A stretch of DNA of 64,000 nucleotides, from NCBI GenBank assembly GCA_964187785.1, contig OZ076409.1, positions 65,784,001 to 65,848,000 of the forward strand, read 5' to 3'. The notes beneath the pieces were generated by a model. It searched no databases. It was not told the origin of the DNA and saw nothing but the letters and a program-made list of their open reading frames with translations. The translations under genes were made by a program, and so were the position numbers. This document shows positions 22,417-32,892 of this stretch, piece by piece (the first letter of the stretch is position 1; the number at the start of each line of letters is the position of its first letter). Source of the stretch: Amphiscolops sp. MND2022. Taxonomy: Eukaryota.

Positions 22417-25400
22417 TTACTCGCGATATGAGGGTTGTGAGCAGTCATCTCGGATCTCTTCAGCAGAGTGCTCAGGCTCAGGATCCATGACAACGACCAC
22501 ATCGCCACTCCCCGAGGGAAGCGCAACAAACTCCGTAGGGCCACCATGATGAGGTTTCAGCCGCTCAAAGTGCACTTTTTGTCCTGAGTCCAGGATATAG
22601 ACGCGGCCATCTTGTAGTACATGGACAACCTTGTGCGGACCACGCCAAGCTCTCATCAACTTCGGTGATCCTTTTTGAGGTACATAGCGGCAGAATACCC
22701 AAACGGGGTCTCCCACATTGTATGCGTTTGCACGAATAGCTCGATCGTACTTTAGCTTTTGACGTTGTTGCGCCTGATGCGTGTTTCTACGCACCAAGTC
22801 ATGAATCTGTTGCTGGCGAGCAGGAATATGCTCCACATAAGCTCCATGCGATTCAAATGATCTGGCTGCGAACTCCGGATACAGATAGGTGAGAGGAATA
22901 GCCTTTTCGGTCCCTCGGGTCAGCATGTAGGGTGAAAACCCAGTCGTGGCATGGCGTGTTGAGTTATACGCTCCCATGACTTCATCCAAATGCTGGTCCC
23001 AATCTCTCATGCGACGCGAGCAAAATACCCGCAACAAAGTCAGCAAAGTCCGATTTTGTCGTTCAACCAGACCTTGGGTGCGCGGATGACCCGCCGTAGA
23101 GGTAACTTTTGTGACCTGAGATGCCCTCATGAACTCATTGGATACCTCTGCAGTCAAGTTGGGGGCATTGTCTGACTGCATCCGCGTAGGCGTGCCGTGT
23201 CTGGCAAACCATTTCTGCAAAAGCAACCTAGACGTGGTCACTGCATCGTAATCCTCATGGCTGCAGGGTACGGCCTCCGCAAACTTGGAGAAATGGTCAA
23301 TTATCACCAATATGCCGGTGTTATTGTTATCGGAGGGGCATATTTTCAGATGGTCATACTGGACCAATTCATTGAAATACCCACTTTGGATATTTTTCAA
23401 GTGAAACCGAACGTCTCCCGGTCTGTCACGTACTTGCTGGCACGTGAGGCACTGACTCACGTACTGACCAACGCTGCGGCGAATACCTGGCCAGGTGTGG
23501 CGTTCCTGGATTCGCGAAACCACCTTTGCAATGCCTTGGTGGCCCATGGCATCATGAGCACGAAACAAAATTTCATGCTGGTACAATTGTGGCATTACAA
23601 TCATGCACGGACGTTCGTGCAATGGACGTTGCTGAGGTGGATACTTAACACAAAGAATTCCATTTTGGTTCACAAACAGGAGATCTTTTTTCTGCTTGTA
23701 ATAGTTACGTGCGAACGCACGCACGTCGTCAGGAAAAATGTCATGATCAATAGACTCTTGTGCTACCAACTTCTTTATGGCTAGAACATGCACATCACGA
23801 TTCTGCGCCAAAAGCAGATCCTTGATGCCATGCACCGTGTTGGCATGTTCATGAAGTTCCGTGTCTATGTCTTTGATGGCTAGGGCAGCTTGCCTAACCA
23901 CCGTTGGAGCGGAAGCCATGGCTTGCTCCACTGTTTCGTCAAGGGCATATGTCATGCGTGAGGGGATATTTGCCACATGTGTAGGCAGCAAGTAATCTTG
24001 CCTAGCCTCTTCAGTGACGTCAATCCAGTCCTCAGGATAATCTGGATAGAAGTCTTCGTGAGCTTGCAATGTAGGCACTGGTGCCTCAGGTAGAGGAGCG
24101 CGTAGCGCCCTCTCCCTTTTCTCAGCGACCTGACTGCGCTTACGCCGTCGTGCAACTCGACAAACTGCTTTTGTGGGGTCTGGTTTAGTGTTCCGCAAGT
24201 GAGCGGGCAATTGGGGGTGATTGGGCATCACCCGACCATGCAAATCGAACCAAGGTGCAACGGGCAGCTGGTCAAACTCCTCCTGTGAGAGGAAATTCCA
24301 TTTGTCTGTCTTAGCTGGCAGCTTCTCGAGCTGCTTCTCTCGCCACGGATAATCATTGGTTCGTTTACTGAGGATATCGGCATTCCTATGCTGTGTCCTG
24401 GGACGATGCTCCACTTTGAAATGGTACTTCTCGAGTGCCATAATCCATCGTCCAATCAATGCCTGATCAGTGGAATACGTTTTGAGCCAAGAGAGAGCTT
24501 GATTGTCAACCCGAAGGATGAACTTTCTGGAGCAGAGATAACTGTGATTCTTCAAGACGAAATAATAAGCTGCGTACATTTCAAGCTTGGGAGCGCCATA
24601 CTTCGCTTGAGTGGCATTCAACTTCTTGCTACCATACACAGTTGGTCTCAGGCGCTTTTCGCCCGGAGGACCCTGCCACTGATGCAAAATGCCGGAAATT
24701 GCAACAGCACTGGCATCAGTGTCCAGCACAAATTCGCCCTCCGAGTCCGGTTGCGCCAAGGCAGTTGCCTCGATCAAAGCCAATTTGACGGCGTTGAAAG
24801 CCTGTTGCTGCTCATCCCCCCAGGCGAAAGTCGCGCCCAGGCCGGTAAAAGCATGCAAGGGAGCCACAAGCTTGGCGTGCCAAGGAATAAACTCTCGATA
24901 ATAGTTGGCGAAGCCCAAAAAGCTTTGCATCTCTGTTTTGTTCCTCGGTACCTCCCAATTGCGTAGTTTTGCTACTGCTTTAGGATCAGGTTTGATACCT
25001 TCGGCAGAGACCACACGCCCCAGGTACTTGATTTCCGACTTCATAAAGTCACACTTAGCGACTCTCATTTTGAAGCCAGCTTCGCGCAGACATTCAAATA
25101 CCTCGCGTAAGCGTACCATGTGGTCCTCGACTGTCTCGGTAGCAATGACGATGTCGTCAATATACGCCATCACCATGCTTCCTTCCCGGTTCACAATTTT
25201 CCGTAGCGCTCGCGCTATGGCTCGCTGGAAAGTAGCTGAAGCGTTACACATCCCAAAGGGCATACGTCTCCACTCTAACAAACCCAGCTCGCAAGCAAAG
25301 GCCGTTTTCTGCCTATCTGCTTTGCGCACTGGTATCTGCCAGAAAGCCCAGGTCAAATCAATACTGGTGTAAATCTTGGCCTTACCCAAGCGTGAAAGGC

Positions 25401-28344
25401 TTTCATCGATGCGTGGGAGGGGATACGCGTCCTTTATTGTGACAGCGTTGAGGGGGCGAAAGTCGCAGCAGAATCGCAACTCCCCATTTTTCTTTTTTAC
25501 CATCACAATCCCACTCGCCCAAGGTGATAGCGAAGGTTGGATCATGCCCAAAGCCAGGAGATTGCGTACTTCTTGATTGGCGCGCTCCGCCTTGTCAGGC
25601 GACATTCTTCTCGCGCCTTCACGGTGCGGTGTAGCCCCAGGCTCCAACTCAACAGGATGCTTGGCTATTGTGCAGCGACCAATGTCTGCTTTGTGCTTCA
25701 TGAATAGGTCATCAAATTCCGTAAGGATGTTGTTCAGCGAGTCGCGGGCAGTCTTCCCCCACAACTTTTGTACCTCCTCTAACTGAGATTCGGGTACAGG
25801 AATAGGGGCCAAGAGATCAGGGTCAGTGCGCTTTCTGATCTCGCGCTCTGACAACCCCTCCTCCGATGGGTCTGTAGAGGAGAGAAACTCAAACTCCGAC
25901 GACGACGAACATTTTGAATGCGAGTTCAGGTCCATTTGAGAATAGACCCTGTTGACGAACTCATTTGGGGAGTCCGATTTTTCGTCACTTTCGCCTTTGT
26001 GCGCTAGCGCACATTGGGGAACTGCATGGTAGACTAGGCGTACTGGCGCAGCAGTGCCAAGCATGGTGCCGCACTTCACTTTCTGGGCATTGCTTGTCAG
26101 ATTGCCAACAGAGACATAGAACGAACCTGTCTCTCCAACAGTGGCTATAGTGTCTTCCACGAATATAGTGTTCTTCAGCAATCGGTTCGGTGTTGCAAAG
26201 TTAATCACAACATTACTGAAAGCAAAAGCTTCCAAGTTCGAAGTGACCACCTTGGCACGTAGAAGAGCACGTTCAAATGGCTGGAGCACTACGTCTTGAT
26301 CCAAGACTACTGTGCTGGATAAAGCTTCGTCACTCGTCTGGGCGTGTGCGTGATGCCACACAGGCTTAGCCGGTGCTCGCACCACAACTTTCATGGAGGT
26401 CAGATCTACCAGCACGTTGTATGTTCGCAGAAAATTCCTACCCAGCAAGAAATCTTCCAAGCCATGTGCGTCATCAACGACCACGAAATTTGTTTCGAGC
26501 TCATATCCACCAAGTTGGAAGCGCACACGCTCCGCTATTCCAAAAGTTTTCATCGTCTTCCCATTAGCAACATACAAGTCGATTCGGTAAGGTTGTAGCG
26601 CTACACCTGTCCGCAAGGCTACACGGTTGAAGGCTGAGAAACTCATGATTGATACGCCTGACCCTGTGTCGACCATTCCTCTCAGTGGAATAGGGTTGGC
26701 ATCTGGCACTGCAAAAGATACTACGAGCGACGCACGCTCATCTATGCGGGCCTCACCTGTGGGCTCCTGCTTGCTGATGCTATAGCAGCGTAATTCATGT
26801 GGCCCTAGACACACTCCTTGAGGGAACACACCTACTACCACGCTAGCATCAAATTTCATGTCCACGCCATCTATGTTAGCATGCACCGGAACAGGCGAGT
26901 ATGCCGTGCATGTGCTAGCTTCGCCTTCAGTGTACCATTCCTTTGGCAGTGGCAAGGAGATCTTTTTGACAGCCGAATTGCTAGCTAACTCCAGCTTCAA
27001 TTTTTCCAAAGTCAAATCTGGGCGTATTTGTTGCTCAGAGGCCAGCACTAGGTGTACAGACAATAAAGTCCGGCCACTAGGGTCAAACGTTGTGGACTCC
27101 AAACCTGTCTGCACCTGCTTTGTGCCACAGGTGACAGTCAATGGAGCATTTACGGTGGCTTGGTCAGCTGGGCGTAGCATTAATACCCTGCCAGAGGCAG
27201 TAGACAGGGTTTGCGTTGCATCCGTTTTCTTCTTTTCTTCAGCCCTAGGGCTGGAAGTTTCTGACTGGATTGATAATGTTGGACAACCTGCAGGCACCTC
27301 AGTTGTGCACGATTTCACTGGGACAGCAGGCGCTGGAACCGCTGCTGCAGCACCTTGCTGAGACTCACCATGTGGGTCAAGAATATGCTCCGGGCGATGC
27401 ACCACCAGCTTGCGTCTCGCGCAAGCACTCTGCAAGCAGCGCGCGGATTGCTCTAAGGTTGCGGTCTGTCTGTATTCAGGGGTTGTGTGTACTGACGCAG
27501 CCGGCATCGGCAATCGCGCCGACCGGCGTGCAAGGGGTGGCAGCGATTCATACTGCGGAGCCACTGGTGACCCCGGCACTTGGTTGCTCTGTAGGCACTG
27601 GTAAGGTAAAGTCTCGGTGCACCCTGGGTCACGAGGCTGTTGTTGGTGACGACTCCTTTGGAGTTCCTGTACAGTGAACCGAAGTGATTCTACGGTAGGT
27701 GGGTCGGCTAGATATGCCTCAGTCGCAAACACTACCGTCAGTTCTCGTTGCAACACGGGATCGCTGACCCCATCCGTGAACCGATGCAAGATTTCATAGC
27801 GTCGGGTTGTGATAGGCTCATCAGGAAAACCCTGACTCCTCAGACCCTCTAATGCATCTAAATACTGCATCAGGCCCTCTTTCTCAAGCTGATTTCGCAA
27901 CCTGAAAGCCTGCCTCACTGGCCAGCGGCTTTTCCCAGTCCCAAATCTGCTGGAGAGCAAGGTAGTCACCTTCTCGTGAGAATCCCGTTCGGACTCCGGT
28001 TTGTTGATTATAAAACTCCGAGCTTCATCACCTAAGTGATCGATTATCGCCCAGGCCTTGTCGACAGGTGAAGCATTGGAATAAACTCGCTCCAAATATC
28101 GTTTCATCACGAGCAACCACTCTTCAACAGTCCCGTCTTTCGAACCTCTGTATAAGGTTGGTCGAACAGCGGTTTGATCACGATTGGCAATCAAGGGAGC
28201 CAACACTTTAGCTATAGTTTTGGTTATCGCCTCCGTGAATTTCAACTTTTCTGGAGATATCAATTCATCTTTTGGGTCATCAGTACCATGATTGCTCTCG
28301 AGCAACCCGCCTCGATCCATAGGCGACGTGTGAGCCATGCCCAT
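22417..28344 (-). CDS. Gag-Pol polyprotein (capsid, protease, RT, RNase H, integrase), 1975 aa
   Basis: Capsid-like EEWL...AIIDHL, protease VDTGSG, RT DFRPLN and YIDD, RNase H DTDAS, integrase HxxxGH..CxxC, D..D..E and the WRGP motif. Gag probably begins further upstream, beyond frameshifts near 28440-28545. Confidence 0.95.
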   Translation of the reverse strand: MGMAHTSPMDRGGLLESNHGTDDPKDELISPEKLKFTEAITKTIAKVLAPLIANRDQTAVRPTLYRGSKDGTVEEWLLVMKRYLERVYSNASPVDKAWAIIDHLGDEARSFIINKPESERDSHEKVTTLLSSRFGTGKSRWPVRQAFRLRNQLEKEGLMQYLDALEGLRSQGFPDEPITTRRYEILHRFTDGVSDPVLQRELTVVFATEAYLADPPTVESLRFTVQELQRSRHQQQPRDPGCTETLPYQCLQSNQVPGSPVAPQYESLPPLARRSARLPMPAASVHTTPEYRQTATLEQSARCLQSACARRKLVVHRPEHILDPHGESQQGAAAAVPAPAVPVKSCTTEVPAGCPTLSIQSETSSPRAEEKKKTDATQTLSTASGRVLMLRPADQATVNAPLTVTCGTKQVQTGLESTTFDPSGRTLLSVHLVLASEQQIRPDLTLEKLKLELASNSAVKKISLPLPKEWYTEGEASTCTAYSPVPVHANIDGVDMKFDASVVVGVFPQGVCLGPHELRCYSISKQEPTGEARIDERASLVVSFAVPDANPIPLRGMVDTGSGVSIMSFSAFNRVALRTGVALQPYRIDLYVANGKTMKTFGIAERVRFQLGGYELETNFVVVDDAHGLEDFLLGRNFLRTYNVLVDLTSMKVVVRAPAKPVWHHAHAQTSDEALSSTVVLDQDVVLQPFERALLRAKVVTSNLEAFAFSNVVINFATPNRLLKNTIFVEDTIATVGETGSFYVSVGNLTSNAQKVKCGTMLGTAAPVRLVYHAVPQCALAHKGESDEKSDSPNEFVNRVYSQMDLNSHSKCSSSSEFEFLSSTDPSEEGLSEREIRKRTDPDLLAPIPVPESQLEEVQKLWGKTARDSLNNILTEFDDLFMKHKADIGRCTIAKHPVELEPGATPHREGARRMSPDKAERANQEVRNLLALGMIQPSLSPWASGIVMVKKKNGELRFCCDFRPLNAVTIKDAYPLPRIDESLSRLGKAKIYTSIDLTWAFWQIPVRKADRQKTAFACELGLLEWRRMPFGMCNASATFQRAIARALRKIVNREGSMVMAYIDDIVIATETVEDHMVRLREVFECLREAGFKMRVAKCDFMKSEIKYLGRVVSAEGIKPDPKAVAKLRNWEVPRNKTEMQSFLGFANYYREFIPWHAKLVAPLHAFTGLGATFAWGDEQQQAFNAVKLALIEATALAQPDSEGEFVLDTDASAVAISGILHQWQGPPGEKRLRPTVYGSKKLNATQAKYGAPKLEMYAAYYFVLKNHSYLCSRKFILRVDNQALSWLKTYSTDQALIGRWIMALEKYHFKVEHRPRTQHRNADILSKRTNDYPWREKQLEKLPAKTDKWNFLSQEEFDQLPVAPWFDLHGRVMPNHPQLPAHLRNTKPDPTKAVCRVARRRKRSQVAEKRERALRAPLPEAPVPTLQAHEDFYPDYPEDWIDVTEEARQDYLLPTHVANIPSRMTYALDETVEQAMASAPTVVRQAALAIKDIDTELHEHANTVHGIKDLLLAQNRDVHVLAIKKLVAQESIDHDIFPDDVRAFARNYYKQKKDLLFVNQNGILCVKYPPQQRPLHERPCMIVMPQLYQHEILFRAHDAMGHQGIAKVVSRIQERHTWPGIRRSVGQYVSQCLTCQQVRDRPGDVRFHLKNIQSGYFNELVQYDHLKICPSDNNNTGILVIIDHFSKFAEAVPCSHEDYDAVTTSRLLLQKWFARHGTPTRMQSDNAPNLTAEVSNEFMRASQVTKVTSTAGHPRTQGLVERQNRTLLTLLRVFCSRRMRDWDQHLDEVMGAYNSTRHATTGFSPYMLTRGTEKAIPLTYLYPEFAARSFESHGAYVEHIPARQQQIHDLVRRNTHQAQQRQKLKYDRAIRANAYNVGDPVWVFCRYVPQKGSPKLMRAWRGPHKVVHVLQDGRVYILDSGQKVHFERLKPHHGGPTEFVALPSGSGDVVVVMDPEPEHSAEEIRDDCSQPSYRE

Positions 28345-29199
28345 GGTTGCGTTGTTCGAAGATATCGAGGCCGGTTCATCGATTGGTTGTGCTGCGCTGG
28401 TGCCCTCTCCCCCTTCAAAAGGAAGCAGTGGCGTTGGAATTTTTCCGAAGGTTTCATTCCAGCGTTAGATGTAGCAGAATGTGGCTCAAAGGAGTCTTTC
28501 AGCAAACTCGGTAGAGATTTGGGTATTTTGCAATTGCCCAAAAAAAAGTTCTCTGCAAATTTGGCGTAATATTCGGCGTTGATGCTACTCGATACAGCAA
28601 AATAACACCAAAATGAGGCACCAGAGTGTTAAAAGGGTGTCACACTCGGGCAATCCGCTCAAATTTGTCGTCACTAGGAAGTTGCTCCTCTCAAAATCTC
28701 GTGATTTTGGCTAAGTCGGAACTCACAGGGTCTCTTTTGGATATCGAAAACCCTGCTCAAGGTAACTCCTAGAGATTTTCGTTTGGAAAAATGTAGTCCA
28801 GAGTGCGTCGCAGGCACTTAAAACTGCTGCCTTGAACTGTTCAGGATCAAATTTCAAGGTTCCAGAGGAGTCCAAAATTTATGACCCCTGCCTTCAATTT
28901 TTTTGAACCGTGGGATTTGCCTCGTTTGCACCCAGGAAGGTCTACTGGGCCCCTTCCGTTGGAAAATGAAGGCTTTTTGGGTCTGCCTCCTGTACAGCGG
29001 AAGTATTGACGATTTACAATGATAGATTTTCCGGTGTTTTTTGGAATTTTGTTCAAAACGTGTGTCTGAACAAAGTCAAATTCAGTTTTATCAATCGTAC
29101 TGGGTACAAAATGACACAGCACAATTTGTCAGCCACACAAGTCAGAAAAATAACCTTCCGTAGCTGATAATTGCCTCCAGCTCCAAGCTAGAGCCTTTT

Positions 29200-31470
29200 T
29201 CAACGATTTTTGGATTTTTCAACTTTTTTCGAAAATCACTCAGATGGCTTTTACAAGTGCTGGAAACGTGGTATCGGGCTCAAAATTGGTCACGCGATCA
29301 CACGTACAGCCAGCTACACTACAGTAGCAACCAATGAGAGTTCAGACCACTGGGCGAGATTTAGATCTGGTACGGACGTTCCGTATCACCGTGTTTCGAT
29401 TGACACTATTTTTCACATGCAATCAAAGACTCTCGTCCACAGTGTTGAGCTCTCGAGCTCACTTTTTCAGCAACGGTGCACCAAATGACACTAATAAGAA
29501 TAGTCCAGGGCAATGTAATCCCAACTTCTCAATAAGGTGCGCCGACAATTCCGAAAAAATGATCCAATTCGTTACAATACACAGGATATCACAACTTCAA
29601 GTAATAAAATGCTATGATCCAGCAAGGCAGCCCACTCGATACTGTTCAAATATCACACGCACAGCAATGAACTAACTGCTGGGAGTTCAAACTATGGGTT
29701 TCCACAGGTTTCCAACACGTAGAAATGACTTTTTCTCACTTTCCCTGTTTTCGTCTCGATGAGACCTCTGACAGACACAATGAATATGCTTGTCCGAGAA
29801 GCGTCGAAATAAGTTCCAAGGGTTGTAGCGTGCTGGAAGGTATACAGCACTTCCGCATTGATGCACTGACCCAAAAAGTGAGTCCAGAATCGGGGTAATA
29901 GGATCCAGTCACAGGTCAGAGATTTTTCAGGTATTTTTTGGGTTTTTCAGCTTCACTTGAAAAAAACTCCAGAGGCTAGCGCAAACGCTAGAAACGCAGG
30001 ATCGGCTTCAAAATCAACCACACAGTCCCACGTAAGTTGAGGTACAAGGGACTAATAGCTGATTTGTGCTGAGATGACTAGGTGAAGTTTCAACACAATA
30101 CAGACGTTCGGTATCACCGTGTTCCAATATGCAGTGTTCTTCACGTGTCAACTCAGATTCCGGCAAACTGCAAAGAGCTCGCAAGCTCGTTTTTTCGGCA
30201 ACAATACGATAAACTTGCACTGGTTACGATGGTGGGCAGCAATTTGGCCCCACTCTTTGAATAAGATGTTCAGGCAATCCCACAAGACTTCGTAGAATTC
30301 GCCTTCTTGCGCACCTTCTTGTGCAGTTTGTTTTAGTCAATTTCTCAACAGATATAGTAGCGATTGACACCAAACTTGGCAGACGCTGTCAGTAGGCACC
30401 AACCACGCTGTTAGAGTAGTGAAATAGACGCTGGTAGGCTTCAGGGGGTCTCCTCAAGGGTTTGGCCCTCTGCTCGTCTCGGTGAGGACTTAAGAAAATT
30501 GATGTTTTTTCAACGTCCAAGATTTTTCAAAACACGTTCTAAGGCTCGTAGGCTGTTCAAATTTGCACCGCGCTTTCCCACAAGCACAATGGGCCAGAAA
30601 ATCAACCTGGTTTAGGGCAAAAAGTCTCCAGTCACCCACAGGAAGAAATTCGAACAATTTTTGAATTTTCCAAAAATCGCACCACAACACTCAAGAGGCT
30701 CGTGTGTGCGCTGGAAGCGCTGTATCAAGCCCAAAATTGACCAGCAGATCTTAGGTACACGTAGGTTTACGAAAATGAACACAGAATTGAGCTGCACCCC
30801 TTCTACACAGTTTCACCTAGGTACAGACGTGCGGTACCAGTATGTACCGAAATACACGGTTTTTCACGTCTTTTTCAAGATTGCGGTCCACTGGAAGGAG
30901 CTAGCAAGCTCAAATTCTCTGCAGCAACGTAGGAACTAGCACAAATTACAATAGTGGGCTGCAATATAGCCCCACCCGTCGGCTAAGGTACCCGGGTTAC
31001 TTGGAAAAATTAAGAAAAAACTGCCTTTTTGCGCACTTTTTTGGGCACCGCGTTTTTCCTATTTTCTCGACAAGTATCACACAGATCGGCACCAAACTTG
31101 GTAGTTTATGCCAGTGGGCACCTACAATTCCACTAAAATGGTCGAATTGAAGCGCGAGCGCTTATTTGAGGTTTCGACCCACTATGTACGTTGTACACGA
31201 AAAAACACTGTTTTTGACGACTTTTTTCACAAATTGACCAAGAGGATCACCTCAGAAAGTGATACGGCAGGCAAAATGGGACCAACGTGTTGCCCCACTA
31301 TCCGTAGCACTGGGATAAACCCTCAATTGGTTGTGCCCGTTGGGTATAAGGCACTGACAGTCCTGCAGTTTTGGATTTTTTTGGTCCTTTTACGCTTCTC
31401 TGAAGTCGAAACGTCAGAGAGCTTTTCTCGACTTTGGTGACCGATACGCTCACCAAATTTTCGGCACTAA
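29200..31470. repeat. Degenerate tandem repeat with a period of about 720 bp in the Gypsy leader
   Basis: Homologous blocks at about 29205, 29930, 30655 and weakly 31370. Example: tacggacgttccgtatcacc (29371), tacagacgttcggtatcacc (30099), tacagacgtgcggtaccag (30822). Confidence 0.7.
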
Positions 31471-32860
31471 CGGTAATTTTTGTGGTGGTTACGAAAATGC
31501 AACCACTTTTTGGCTAGGGTTCAGGAATCGATGACCCGACCCTAGCTCAGAGACAGTCTGGTTTTGTGGAAAATTGATCAAATCCAGTGCGTTTTTCCAC
31601 TTTTCTCAGCACTGAAAAGGAATTTTTGCACGCGGTTTTCACCACAATGCGTTATTTTTACTTATAAAAACAGAAAATGAGAGCGCGCGGGCTCCCAGGT
31701 CTCGAAAACACTGAGTGCCCCAGAGGTTTTAATGGTGCACTCTGGCACTCCTGAAACTGGCCAAAAATCAAGGTTTTTCGAACTGTTCTCACCAAGAAAA
31801 CGTTACAAACTCTCTTAAATCCTATTTTCGGTACTGTGGAGTGTGCCCCAAACTAATAGCAGCACGGAAGAGGCAATTACATCACAATCCAGCACTCTCC
31901 CAGTGGCATTTCGTAGTGGTTTTTTGCCAATTTCGCCAAAAACCGGGTTTTTTCATGCCAAATGTGTCTCAAAAAGGACTCCAACGGCCTTTCTGGTTGT
32001 CGTTACATTATGTAGCATAACCCTCGAGGTTTTGGGCTGCTTTCTATTCATTTTTGCAACTGCTGTGGCTAATACTTCGAGCGCTCGCGCTCGTACCAAG
32101 AAAAGTACTCAAAAATGCCAAAAATCACGTTTTTGCGACTTTTGCACTAAAAACCGCACTTTTTTCACTGAAAACAGGTGCAAAAGCACACACTTAGTTG
32201 CAACTGGGTAAAACTAGCATGCACAAATGATTCTCCGTCAAAAAATACACAATCTAAAAATTTTTTCATACCATACTCCGAAAAACTGATACTTCTGGAA
32301 TGAGGGGTGGTACTTTCGTCGTCTTTTTTCTCAACACCCAGACCAGCTAGAGAGAAACGGTTTGCACCGTCGGCAACGTCAGTGCTTGCTCTACTTTTCC
32401 ACCAAAAACCATCCCTCTAGCACGTCTCCACGAGAAATGGGAAAGGAGAGTCGGGAACACTCGTTTCAGCTCATCTATCAGTCAGATGGAATATGGTTCA
32501 ACCATCAACTTCACCTCTCGTACATAGCCAAAAACGCTGAAATGAGCTGTAAAACACCTGTTACAACATGCGTAACGGCTTTCTAGCGGTTCGCTAAGCC
32601 ATTACAAAGGTACCCGCTGATGGGAACGTGCAATTTTAGACGATACCTGTCAACAAATACCTGTTATCAAAACATACCAAAGGTATTCGGAAAAATCCCC
32701 CGAAATACAGGAAAAATACCAAAATATAATGTCATATCATCTAAAAAATTTGGAAAAACTCTGGGTAAACGTCTCCTTCCAGAGTCCAATCGTTCTTGGC
32801 GTCCAATACCAGGGGGTCGGAAATTTTAAAACCATATAATAGGGCAGTAATCGGAAGCGA

Positions 32861-32877
32861 TCCCTCTGTGGTCGCCA
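32861..32877 (-). promoter_or_regulatory. Primer-binding site, tRNA-Arg-like
   Basis: TGGCGACCACAGAGGGA on the minus strand resembles, from memory, the complement of the metazoan tRNA-Arg(UCG) 3' end. Confidence 0.65.
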
Positions 32878-32892
32878 AAAAATGAGGTCTCA

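Noticed and set aside
22990..27786. Many antisense and alternative-frame ORFs over the Gypsy pol
   Set aside because: Shadow ORFs of a GC-richer coding region with no independent motifs.
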